Positions 1 to 13,100 of a stretch of DNA of 64,000 nucleotides are shown piece after piece. How positions within the stretch are numbered: position 1 is the first letter of the stretch; every line of letters begins with the position of its first letter. The notes beneath the pieces are model-generated. The model was not told the DNA's origin. It worked only from the letters and a program-made list of their open reading frames with translations, and did no database searches. A program made the position numbers and the translations under genes. Source of the DNA: Curvularia clavata (Eukaryota); NCBI GenBank assembly GCA_023920165.1, contig CP089277.1, positions 434,001-498,000 on the forward strand. Reading direction: 5' to 3'.

Positions 1-1337
1 GGATAACGGAGTAAAGTTTGGGACGTTTTGTCGGATGTTGGCCCTTTGTAACAAGCGGGCCCCACTTAATTCTGTTTTAGTCTGATCCCCAATCGTAATT
101 GAACTTTCAGCTGGTCCCCATAGATATGATGATGCACTTGAATTGTGATAGGACGTGATGGTGAAATGCGGCGTTTGGTTGAAACCACCGACATGGCAAC
201 CACAAGGAAAAGAATAATCTCGCAATTCGCCTAGGGAGGTGTACGAAGTTGAACATACGCGGCTCCCTATCTTACTGGTAGTCCGGCAACAACAACACCA
301 AACTTGCAGCAAGCACACACCAGCAGCGACATTAGCGCCCGCTCATCCGAACCTAACCGTCGCCCAGGTGAATCTAACAGTCATACTGCATCTTCCCGCT
401 GCAAAACAACGCTCCTCCACATACCCAACGGAATACTCTCCGCCCACGTGACATTGTTTGGCCCGCAAAAAAACCCACACAACTAAGTGTAGTAGCCCAC
501 GTATCCACATCCGACACCCGCAATCACGATCGCAAAAACCCGTACTTTCGTAACTCCACCTAACATGGCTCCATTTCTTCGTCTCCCCCCCTCCCCCTCT
601 CTTCCAGTGCTTAATCTTAGTAGATTCTGCTATTTTTGCCCCCTTTCAGTGCGGTGAATGCGTGGCGGCCAGATACCCGACATCCACATACGTATTTGTA
701 CGGGGTATACGCGCAAAATGCAATCATGGGCTACGTAAGTACAAGGGGGATACAAGGGATTACAACAAGTACGAGGCAAGGAAAAAACAAGTACCGACGG
801 TGGGGGGTTTTGGTGTCGGTCCGACTGCGGGTGGTTAGAGGTTAGCTTTATGATGGATGTGCCGAGGAGGGGAGCTTTGAGCCGCTTACTGCGGCGGAAT
901 GGATGTGGGATTGAGGAAGGAGTGCCCGTGGGGCTGTTATTGTTGTTGAGAACTGAAGTCGTTGCAGCGTATTCTATGGTGGTTTCGTGTATGCATGCGG
1001 ATTGAAGGGAGGTTGGTAACGACGGCGAGATTGATTTGCCCTTAGCGTTTTGTGTGCGCCAGGAAGGCCTGTGTAAGATTGGTGAGTAGGAGCGTCTCAA
1101 GTTTGCACTTCATCCAAGGAATCAACAGTAAGATACCGGTATCTCAATTGATGTGATGTAACAAATGCATTCTTTGTATCAGCTAATATATGATCGAGTC
1201 TATGATCTATGGCGACTAGCGCTCTGTATCATCCTCTTCAAAAGTAGAGACAAGAAAAGGTACTACCCATGCGCCAACACGCCTATGCTATGCTATAGAG
1301 AATTAAACGTAACGTGGAGAAGAAAAGATTCGCCAAA

Positions 1338-2731
1338 CTACTCGTCAATCACACCAGTCGCCATCATGCTCTCCTTGAGAGCCTTCTTATATTCGCGCTC
1401 CATGCCGTGCTTGACTGCGTCAAGGACAGTGTTGACAATGGCCTTGGGCTCAAAGCGGGGCGTTGTGCCGTCTTGGAAGACACCAGTCTTGACCAAGATC
1501 GAGTACCAGTTCGCGTCGGGGTTTTGTTCGTTGTACTCATTGGTACCCCGAATGTCCGATTCGGGTGTGTCTCCTACAAAGTAGACGGTGGATGGAGGCG
1601 AGTCAATGCCGTGTGTGTCTTTGCGCCATTCCTGAAGGAGGCGTGTAGCGAACTGGAAAGTGCCGATTTGCGGCTTTCCGAATGCAGTCGTCTCAAGAGT
1701 GCGGCCGGTGACAGCCTTGAACATAGCCTCTAGAGAAACGCGGAGGGCGCCCATACCAATGCGAGTGAGGTCATGCGAAGCGCTCCAGACTACGTCGTTG
1801 TGCGAGAAGAAAACAGGTGGGCCCTCGTCAAAGTTCTCGGACCTAGTGCCGAGACGACCCTTCTTCGACATTAGCAGGTCCAGAATGATCTGTTGATCGG
1901 AAGCCCAATCGCGCGAATCGGCAAAAACGAAAATAGCCTCGATTTCGACCTCGGCGAAATTACGGGTTCGTGAGTTGTTGTATTCTTCCTCTGTAAGCTT
2001 CCGGAATGGGGTAGTGTCTTGGTTGTCCTTGATGATGTCACCAGGGGTTACGCTGAGTTTTGTGTTAGACTGTGATGTAGATGCCAAGCATGGGCAAGAC
2101 TTACACATCCTTGAAACCGTAGCCTTCGGCAACGATGCGGCACTTCTCGCCCTCGCCACCAACCACCAAAACAGTACCGTACTTCTCGGCCATCTCCCTC
2201 ATTGGGGTGTGTCCGCAGATGAACTGTCCAGGCGAAACCTCAATCTCCAATTGCTTGCTCAATTGAATACAACGCTCAGCTTCGGTCTTGCCGCCGCCAT
2301 TGGTGACAAAGATGTACGGGACTTTGATGCCATATTCGTTGTCACCATTGAGCATCTTCATGGCCTCAATTGCCTCAGGGATTGGGCGGCCGCCACGAAT
2401 AAGGACACCATCGATATCTATTTAGAGTTAGAATGCACTGGTCTTCACCTGTTGTGGTATACAACCTACCAAAAGCAAATGCGTATTTGTCTGTGACAGA
2501 TGTTTCAGGAGGTGTCAAATCTGGGGAGCCAGGAGTGACGGCTTCGAGGTGGCGTCTAGCATTCGCAAAGCCATTGGCAACCTCGGACTGTTTCGATGGA
2601 GCCATTAGGTGTTGTGGTGGAACGACGACGGTTGGTCCCATCTTGATGTTCTCGCGAGTGGCCTCCACTGATGAGAGGCGACGGACAAAACGGCTGCCCG
2701 CCGTGGGGACTGCAAGAGAAGGTGCCGACAT
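1338..2731 (-). CDS. HAD-superfamily hydrolase, subfamily IIA (CECR5/HDHD5-like); introns 2418-2469 and 2053-2104; alternative in-frame start at 2755
   Basis: Splicing restores motif I FAFDIDGVL. Also present: FVTNGGG, FGKP and YFVGDTPESDIRG motifs. Both introns are GT..CTAAC..AG. Confidence 0.9.
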
Positions 2732-4512
2732 GGTATGTGATAGTGCAGTGTACAAGATGTTCTAATCGCAGATGTTCATAGAAGTATTCCCCTTTAGAAG
2801 GTGGAGACTGGATGGTTTGAAGAAGTGATAATGGAGGAAATCTGGTGGTCTTTATAGCGTCTGAGCCCGAGGGAAAGGTTGATTCTCCAGAAAACCCCTC
2901 AATGAAGTGGAGAGAAGAGTGGGTATGTGGGTATGGGGATGGAATGTCTGAATACATGGTTGGTTTTCGCAAATCAACGGGTGTTTTATACTGAAGACAA
3001 ACGGTACATTCACGCTGGACCCTAGCATCACTGAAGTCACAGTCTGCAGCACTAGTGGCATTACACTCTGCATGTCTACGTCGATTCACCGGACCCTGAG
3101 CGTGATGGCTGCCTCTGTCGGTGTGTGTTGCGTACGGTGATGGCGTCACTCGGTTCGAAACAAGCGCAGGGGATGCCTTACTAAGTTAAATTCGATGGCT
3201 GTACATTACCCCAGGCGGGTGCTATTGACATGTGCCTGGAGATTGTGGCACGTTTCTCGATGCTGATTTGATAAGTATGTCGGTGATGTTGCAATAAGAG
3301 TGGGTATACGGCCGAAGCTGAGTGGCCGCCTGGATCCCGGACAACCCTGGGCCAAACCCGTCTCATGCGCGCCCATGTGGCAGACGGCCGCGGCTGTAGT
3401 TGTAGCTGTGGAACGGTGTTGCAGAATTTTGATGTTCTTTGGCGCTATGATGTCACTGATGATTAGCCTGCATATCGCTGCGCCGCCTGAGAGCGTCTAT
3501 CATCGCCGGCCGGACTTGCCAGCAAATGACGATTCATCAAAGGCTCGAGGACTGAAAGACTCGGGGAATCAGAGTCTCAGATTCTGCAATCCTCTTAGAT
3601 ACTGGCCAGTATGAAGTTTCGAACAAACAAAATGTCAGCCGCCCCTGGTCTTTGGCGAGGACAAGCCGGCCTACATTTTCGCCAAGCCTTGGGGGCCCGA
3701 TGAGGCAACTTGAGGCTCAAGGTAGCTGTCTCGGCAAACATGCCAATCGTTGAGCCGCCTCGTCAGTGTTTGGCGCATCACATCGAAAAAAAGCGTGCCA
3801 ACGTCCGCCGTATACACCCGTTTGCACTTGTGATTTCGTAGTCAAAACTGTTAGCGGTACCTTTGCGATAAGGCCTGGACCATTTGGACCCTCTCTTGCT
3901 CGAGTAAAAGCGCATGCGTATCTACCTCACCTACACCAAGTACTATGTCATTAGTAGGAGCGAGTACCCACCTCCAAGGCACAGGTATGGGTCGCTTGAC
4001 GTAACTGTACATGAGCATGCACTGCGCCTGGTGCTCCTGCAGGGTGCACTGCGGTTGTAGGTATGCGGCATATGGGTGAACCTTGGCCAGGCTGCCATAA
4101 AGATAGTAATGAGGCATTTCCTCAAGACCGACATTGGCGGTATCAGTCCTCGCAACTACGACGACGGCGACAACGACCGCACCAAGGAGAGTACTCGCTA
4201 CCGGCCGCAAAATGAGCGACATACATATGCAGTATGCAACACTGCCAATCTCTTTCTCGGTGAGACTGCATTTTGGCAGCCAGTAATCCTCTCACTAGCG
4301 CGCATGGGCATACACCACAGAGATGCCGGGTTTCCGTTTTGAACCGGATGCAATCCTGTAAGCAGCAATGATCGGACGCCGGATTGTGGATGCCAAAGAA
4401 TGTATGATACGCTGCCACCGCTGCCAGCAGCTTGGATCTTGGATGCCAAAGAGACGGATGAAGGACTCGCTGAGCCCCAACGAAAGGCGGGGTGTAGTGT
4501 CAAATTCCATCT

Positions 4513-4544
4513 TCTCCACGTCTCCACGTCTCCACGCCTCCACG
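4513..4544 (+). repeat. Tandem 8-mer (TCTCCACG)x4, last copy imperfect
   Basis: tctccacg tctccacg tctccacg cctccacg, read directly in the intergenic region between the divergent HAD and HEIP1-like genes. Confidence 0.85.
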
Positions 4545-5173
4545 AGTTCTTTGAAGCGGTCCCCGATTCACGGCCGGTGGAGAGCACACTCAACATTGGG
4601 GTTGCTGACAAGTTTGAAGGGCTCACCGCATGTTTTGGTGCCATCGGTCGAATGTCACTGGGGTAGCGCTAAGCAGTCCTAATGTCTCTCTCTGCAGGTC
4701 TTGACCATGATGGCGCAAGATTTTCTCGCCCACGGGGTTTCCGTCGCAGGGACTCGGATGAGCTGCCGTGCTCCACTCTTTTTGCGGAGGGACGAAGTGG
4801 AAGCGCTGATCAGTCAGGAGAGGTGGACCCTTTGATCTCTGTCTGCTTTACTATCGGCATAGCAGATCCGAATAGCCATGGGAGGAATTTCGGTGACGGC
4901 AAGGAAAGACGGATGACTAGTCAGTGAGTGGAATGTACGCCTATTGTGAATGTTGTGTTGTGGTCAAGTGAGTCCGAAGCGGGGAGATAGACAATGTGGG
5001 GTTGTCTTGGGCGGGGACTTGGCTAGAGAGGAAGGTGCGCCTTCCTCTGGCAGGGAGGAGCATGCCCAAACACCACACGTTGCGTCTCCATTGCTGCTGC
5101 TACTACTCGGCGGCCAATGCCCACATCCCTCGCTCAATCCCACTCAAATCTTAATACAGCCTTTGTTTAAACC

Positions 5174-6880
5174 ATGAATTGGACGGGTGGCTCATTGCAG
5201 CGCACCAAGAAAGCCAATGCGGGTATGCTTCAACAACAGAAGGCGTATTTCGCCAAGGCGCGAGCAAGCACCCAGAGCACTCCTCGGATGCCTGTTGCTC
5301 CCTTTTGCCCGAGTTTTCTTCGCGACGATGATAAACTGGGTCCTGGGGGATTGCCATCATTCGGCTCGTATTCGGTTCTACGTGGAGAGCGCTCCGTAGC
5401 AAGTGGAGGGGAGAGATTACAACGTGAGCATGTACCTACACGACAGAACAAGTGGTCCGCGATAAGCGGGCGTGGAGCATCTCCACGTGAACCGTCCAGC
5501 AGACGTGTCACCCACCATTTGGTCCACCCAGAGACTCCACCCCAAGCTCAGCAAGGTAATTGTGGCGGACAGATCCATCTTCACCTTTTGATGTACAGAC
5601 CGAGAAACTGACCACAGGTAGACTTGCGTAGCTCCAAACGCAAGGCCCCGGACACAGACGTGGAGATCCAACTTCTTGAGGCAAACAAGAAAAGGCTCTT
5701 GACACAGAAGGACTGGATCGGCGTCAACCCTTCAAAGCCAGTCAGCCTGCAATCTCTGGCATACAAACGGAATGAAAAGATCAGCAGATGCAGAGCGATA
5801 AACAGAAAATATAGTGTGGCAAAGAGACAACATGTCGACGGAGAGTCCACTCGAGGAGATCCTGATCTTCAGGATCGGGCCTTTACTAAACACTTCCAGG
5901 GACGTGCTAGACGTGAAAAGCCCGAAGACATACGAATTTGCATAGGTAAAGATGCATTGACAGATACACCTACTGACTTTGCTCGAGTCGAAGCATACGA
6001 AGAGTCGGAGCCTTGTTCAGACTTGATGCTTTTTGAGCAAGACAGACCACTGACAGACCAATCCATCGGGCAAGCGAGATCTGAGCCATCGGTAATATCT
6101 CAACTCGATGTGCCAATGAGTGCCAATGAGCATGGCGATCTATTCCCTCAAGTGTTGGCGACAGGTAGGGATGCTCAATACTGTGAAAATGTTCCTGACC
6201 GTACGGAATGGATGCTAGACAGAGATGCACACGACATGTTGCTCAAAGGGCAACCGCAGCTGACCAGAAGGACTACGGATGAACCCGAGAGCTCAGAGTT
6301 TGGCTTTCGTCTTGTTGGCCGAGATGACGAGTACAGTCTACGTCTTGTGTTTAGCGGCTCCTCGAGCTCTTCCGCAGGCGTACGCACCCACGACCTGGGT
6401 GTGATGGATAGACAAGAAATGTGTGAAACACAGCTACTCGGGGAACCAGAGTCATCGCCCGCATCTCCAGCAGAACGCGTATACCGAGTGACTAATGAGG
6501 GTGAGGGCCGGGGTGCATACGCAATCGTCGATCAGGAACCCTGGATGGCGTATGTCGCAATTTCCGACGATTGTCCAAAACCATACGATGCAAGCCCACA
6601 TAGCAGACAGCTGTTGCAGCTTGATGACACTAACACAAGAAACAAGAGCGGAGTTCCGACCACCTGGCCGCAATGCGCAACCCAAGGCCAGGGAGATGGT
6701 GAGTGTTTCGATACGTCGCATTCCGACTCTCTGGCGTCCCTGAGGCGGAGTGCGGGAAACTCCATGATAGAGTCGTCTGTAGGAGAGATTAAGCCGGATC
6801 GCCAGAGCAAATCAAACTCGGCGCATGTGCAAACCTTGGATGAAGACGAAATGAACTGGCAGGTGTTCGTTTTCGGGTAA
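5174..6880 (+). CDS. Low-complexity protein with HEIP1/REDIC1(C12orf40)-like N-terminus; intron 5556-5621; 3' end possibly frameshifted (continuation to ~7145)
   Basis: N-terminus MNWTGGSLQR...QQQKAYF fits the W-x-G-G...Q-K-x-Y-F pattern. The GT-AG intron joins ORF 5174 to ORF 5624 in frame. Confidence 0.65.
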
Positions 6881-9800
6881 AGATGAGAAGTCGGGCCTAG
6901 CACACGACACATGGGCATGTACGCCGAAGTTTTCGGCTTGTATCAAAAGTATCCAGAAAATGAATGTTCAGAGGTCCTTACCGCTATCTCACTCTGTTGC
7001 GGCCAGTCCCACAAGCCATTTGCCGCGGAGCACTGGACCTGGGCTTAGGTGCTCCACATGCGACGAAGCCAACAATGGTGCAAGCAGAATACCATGGCTG
7101 CGGCCTCGGAATGCCAGTCGAAAGAGGCCTTGGCGAAGGCGTTGAGGAGAAAAAGCATGGTTGGGCCTGATGAGGAATACTCAAACGTGAGGCGGTGGAT
7201 GGATAGTCGGTGACTCACCAGCAGTGTAGTGAACAACGCATATCTGGATGCCGTGTTCTCTAGGATGTCTAGGCGCAACGTCCCGTAGTGATTCGGAGCG
7301 ACTCGAGGGGGCCGAGTAGTCCTAAAGTCAAGATTACAAAGAAAACTAGGCAGGCAGTGTATGAGGGGCCATTTTGTAGGGTACTCTAGCAGCTACGATA
7401 CCCCTCGCGGGCCACGACGAGGGGACTTTGACCTCGTAGATCCCAACAAGCGGTTAACCAGGCGTATGCCTGATGGTTGTTTCAGCGGGGACGTGGGATG
7501 AGCTGAGACTAGTGGATTAGCCCGTTTTGCCCGAGGACATTACAACGCCATGTTTTGGCTTTGATGGTAGGCTAACGTAGCGACATGGCTTGGTCTTGAG
7601 AGTTCAGCGAATGACGATGAACAGAGGTGATGATGGTCGCCCTGTGGACGCGCTAACTGCACTGGTCCCAGATTGTAACAGGCTGTCGGAACCTTAGTTA
7701 ATCACCTTGGTCAGCCTTACTAGGGTCATGGGCAACAGAATTGCGTATGTTTACGCAGCGCGCATTGGGGCTGCCAGTAAGAGCAGGGTGCGGGGGCATG
7801 CTAAGGGCATGACGGATGCGGCGGTGCGAGTAGGATCAGAGACGTGCATTGGGGAGCGCCAAGATGGGGGGTAATGCGAACGCCTGCAGACAAGTTGGAT
7901 TAAGATGCACGTCGTGGATAACAATTATTTTTGAGGAGGGCTCGGAGCAGGCGGAGCGACGTGCACCGCCTATTTCTGGGAGAGCCCTATGGGTTGAGGG
8001 GGATGGGGTGGCCAGGCATCCTTGCGTTAGCGAACGGCACCTAGGCGCCGGGCAACCAGGACAACAATGGCAAAAAGTTAGGGCTGCACACGAGCACGGT
8101 GAAGCCCAAGGAGGGCCGAATACGGCCACGAGAGAGGTAGCGGGTCGACGTATCTTTCTCAGGACACGGCAGCGCTTGGGCAACGATTGGACAGAGGACA
8201 AAGAAGGCAGAGGGATGCATCACACCGCCAGCCGGTCACATGGACAGGTGGTGCCGGAAGAGGACTGCCCAGCACAGAAGGCACCACAATTGATGTGCGG
8301 GGGGAGGGAAGGGCGGCGTTGTGTGGCATGATTCGAATTGGGGCATGGGCGTCAGGGGTAAAGTTCCTTTGCCTTCTCGAAGGCGAGCACGATGACTAGC
8401 AGGACGCAAATCACATCACGCGACTCGTGGATGGACGGGTACGACGCATGGACAACAAAGGCGCCTTGTCGCGCCATTGCGAGTCGTTGCAGAGAGAAGA
8501 GAGGGAAAGGGACATGGAGACATGTTGCCGTGAAGCAGCCGAGGCGGCAGGAAATTGGATGGGATGGCACGGAAACTTTAGCCCTCGATGACGGCGGATC
8601 CCTGACTTTTGGCGGCGCCGTCAGAAGCCGGCGGTGATGATCGAACCGTTGCACCGGCTTCGCACTTTGTTTCAACTTGGGCACCCGCCACGTGTGAGCC
8701 TATCGAGGTGGAGGGGTGCGCCGCCACACATGGGGCGCCTCGCCGGGTTGCATGTCAATCACCGCAACGTCGCCAGCGCACTCGGTAGAGTCATGCTCTT
8801 GTCCGCATGGGCTGCCAGCAAAGCAGCACACCGGGCAGTCTGTGTGTATGAGCATGTGCACGTGGGTGCAACGCACAGGTGGCATGGGGCTGCGTCGATG
8901 TACAGTCGGGTAGGTACAGTCGTATAGGCTGTACGAAGGAATGGATAGCTACGCCACACACAGCCTTGCCCGGCCCCTCATACGACATGGAATAGAGATG
9001 GCCTCTCTGGCCGGATGTAACGGCAGGCCTCGTCTGTCAGCGGGAGGCGGTAGGCTATGCCATGGTGCTTAGGCGTGGTCAGGCTTCGAGGCGTCGGGGC
9101 AAGTGTGATTGGCCGAGTGTATGGTGTACCTCTGTGGGTGCGTCATTGTCGACGCCGTTGCTGGGTGGGGCCTAACCAGTGTCGCGGCTCAGCATGGGAA
9201 GCGCTAGGACAGGAGACAAACAGGGAAGAGGGCGCTGCAGCCCGAGCAGAGATGGGCTGGCGAGGGCGAGGGCGAGGGCAGGGTGAGGGCGGCTTTGGGC
9301 CCGACTGACCAGGAGTCAAGCAAAGCGTAGGCGTGTCGTTGCAAAGTTAGCTGAGAAAATTCCGTGTGGGCTTGTCTGTTCCTGGCCTGATTCAGGCCAG
9401 GTCCACCACCGCTGCCGGCCCATAGCACTTGCCTACTTTACTTACTTGTACTGGCTGCGCCCGTCTGCCCTACCGTTGATTCATTACCATGATTATCGCT
9501 GACTAGCTATTGCCTGCATTACACGCCAACGACATCACTTGTCCTCAACCCACGACAAACTCCCGGCCCTCCCGCCTTCTCCTCACCAATCCTCTCTTCT
9601 CCTCACCCTGCCCTCAGCTCCCCCTCTTCTCTCGCACCAAGCAGGCAATCAATCAATCACCCCGTCAGTCCACGTCTGCTGCACCTGCAGCTGCCCGTCC
9701 GACTCCGCACATCATCCCACCGCCTTTGACGAGCTCGGCTTCGCCCGCCCTGGTCCTGCCGAATCGCTTGCTGCAAAAAAACCAACCCGCCCCCCCCCCA

Positions 9801-10199
9801 CGACTGCTCCGGAGTACCTCAGATCGCATATTATCCATGCATCGTGCATGCAAGCCCGCCTCGTTGTAATCCCAGCTGACCTCGACCTGCACCTCGCGCA
9901 GCGCGCGCTTCCTCGTCCCAACTCGTCATAGCCAAACTATTCGGTCAGTCTCACGATGCCATCCAGCTCCTAGCCTGAGCTTTTTCTCCAGGACCCAGCA
10001 GGCTGTTGATCCTATCTGCTTTTATTCCCCAGTGGCGCCCGCGATTCCTGAACCCTCGCACACTCGCACACACACACGCACACCACCACACCACCGCTCC
10101 CCTCGTCCAATTGCCCACGCCATGAAGAAGTGCTAGCACGCCCCCCCCCGGACTATCAACCCTTTTGCTTTTTAAAAGAGACTTCGTCCCACAACAGCC

Positions 10200-13100
10200 A
10201 TGTCGCTCCTCCACGACTCGTACTCGCGCCCGCGCATGCCCTCGCCCTCGCCCAGCTTCGCCCGCGCCATTAGCATTTCCGCCCGTGGGAGTCCCGCCCT
10301 TACTGCATCCTGCCTCAATGGCTCTCTCCAGTCCACTCCCGAAGGCATGGTTCCCATTTCATCCTCGCTGCCCGCCATCCCATCCTATGCACTGCCCGAG
10401 TCGCTGCTGCCGCCACCCGTCCAGTCGCAGCCAACTTCCTCTCCGTCCGCCATGGCCGAGGCCCTGGGAAAGGGTCCAGGCCTGATCCGTCGAGTTAGCC
10501 GGGGCGCCCAGGGTATTCCACATCGCTTCCGTCGCGGCAACTCGACTGCCCAGCGCGACAAGAGTTCCGGTCCCGTCATCATGCGCCGCCGCAGCGACAG
10601 CAGGACTGCCGCCGACGCCGACACTGGCATTTCCGACTTTGACGCCTTTGAGGAAGAGGAGGCCATCGAAGACCCCTACGAACCCATCCACGGACTTGGC
10701 ATCACCGGTCCTTCACCCAGCTTCAGCTCCATTCCCGACGCCGCTGTCGTAGCCCCAGTACGCAACTCCCGCCTCGAGCAAGGCACCGTCCTGAAGAAGA
10801 TCACCAAAAAGGAAAAGAAGGAAATCAACTTGCGCCTCGATCTGGAATCGGCAAAAGTATTCTGGGACCCCTCAAGACCTTCAAAGGCCTTCTACATCGA
10901 CGATGTCAAGGAAATCCGCTCCGGCCCAGAGGCAAAGCACTACCGCGAGGAGTGCGGACTATCAGAAAACTGGGCACCCTACTGGTTCACCATTGTCTAC
11001 ACTGATACCACGCGCTCCAAAGGCCGCATTCGAACCATGCACCTAATCGCCCCCGATGTGGGTGTCTTCAACATGTGGACCCAGACGCTCGAATCGGTAT
11101 CACGTAACCGCATCGACCTCATGGCTGGCCTAATGGGCTTTGCTGACAAGAGCGCTAAGCTTGTGTGGCAACGCGCAATGAAGAAGCGAGGCGATGGTGA
11201 AGAGACCTTGGACTTCCCCAGCATCGTCGAGCTGTGCCGAAGCCTGCACATCAACTGCAGTGAAGCCACACTCCGCGCCGTTTTCCAAAAGGCTGACACA
11301 CTCGACACCGGAAAACTCAACCAATCACAATTCCTATCCTTTGTAAGACGCCTAAAAGAGCGCAAGGATATCAAGACCATCTACAAGTCCTTGACATCAG
11401 GATCCAAGATGGAAATGGACAAAGTCACCTTTTTCTCATTTCTCCAACAGGAACAGGGCGTCGATGTAAACGCAGACCTCGAGTACTGGACCAACACATT
11501 TGAGAGGTTTGCACGCGCAACAAAGCCCCGTGCGGCGGCTACACCCGCCGAGGGTGGTGAGATCCCTCTGCCACTCGCCATGAACTTTTCCGGTTTCCAG
11601 ACATTCCTCACATCCTCCGCAAACTCCATTCTGCGCCTAGTTGGTCGACAACAGAAGCTTGACCGACCGTTGAATGAGTACTATATTTCTAGCTCCCACA
11701 ACACATACCTCCTGGGTCGCCAGGTAGCTGGCGAATCTAGTACCGAAGCGTACATTACTGCACTTCAGAAAGGCTGTCGATGCCTTGAGATTGATTGTTG
11801 GGATGGTGCCGACAGTGTCCCAGTAGTCATGCACGGCCGAACTCTTACAAAGAGCATTCTATTCCAGGATACCATCAAGGTCATCAACAAGTACGCCTTC
11901 ACAGAGTCGCCATACCCGGTCATCCTCTCGCTCGAGGTCCACTGCTCGCCAATCCAACAATCAGCCATGGTCAAGATCATGATACAAGAGTTTGGTGACA
12001 AGCTAGTGCTTCAGCCGTTGGACTTTGAGTCACAAAACCTGCCCAGCCCAGAGGAACTCAAGTACAGGATACTCATCAAAGTCAAGGGTGCTGCTGGCGA
12101 CGAGTTTGACACAAGAGCGCTGTTGGGCGAAATCACCTCACGAAGGCAGCGCAGTTTCAGCTCACCGTGGTCACGACCCGTGATTATGAACGACAACGTC
12201 ATCCCAAACTCGCCCCTTCTTTCAAGCCCGCCCTCAATGAGCCCACCAGAGCGATCAGCCACCTTTTGGGCAACTCCCCGGACCTCAAACAACACACTAC
12301 CCACATCGGCGGCTGTGAGCTCGGCTGAAGATAGTGACAGCCCCAACGCAACCGCCGTTGAGGCTGCCGAATTGGTCGACAACCAAAACAAGCACAAGAA
12401 AACAAAGACCAACATCACAAAGGAGCTCGGCAGCCTTGGTGTCTACACCCGGGGTGTCAAGTTCACAGACTTTGCCAGCATAGAAGCCAACACCTTCAAC
12501 CACGTCTTCTCCATCAACGAGCGCGCTTTCGACAAGCTCACCAAGCCCGGAGCACGTGAGAAGCACTTGCTCGAGGAGCACAACATGCGCTGCCTCATGC
12601 GCGTGTACCCGCACGCTTTCCGCATCAACTCGTCAAACTTTGACCCTCTCAAGTTCTGGCGTCGCGGCGTGCAGATGGCCGCCCTGAACTGGCAAACATA
12701 CGATCTTGGCCAGCAGCTGAACGAAGCCATGTTTGCCGGCGGGGACGACCGCACGGGCTATGTGCTCAAGCCTGCAGCACTTCGTCTCGAGTCGCAGACC
12801 CCTGTTATTGGTCACAGGAAGGCTCCCAAAAAGGAAGTCAAGTTTACGGTACAGATCATCTCCGCTCAACAGCTTCCCCGTCCCCGGGGTCTTGGACAGG
12901 AGGCCAACATCAACCCGTACGTCGAGTTTGAGATGTACTGCGCCGAAGACATGGGCGCCAATGCTACAGGTATTGGCGGCCAAGATGCATCAGCCCGCAA
13001 CGGTCACTCGGGCATAGGCAACCCTCTCCGCAAACGAACCCGTATTGTCGAGGGTAACGGATACAACCCCGAGTTCGGCAACGAGATTGATATGACAGTT

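Noticed and set aside
7200..9500. Numerous 60-160 aa ORFs upstream of PLC1
   Set aside because: Overlapping in many frames, no recognisable motifs; consistent with GC-rich promoter/intergenic sequence
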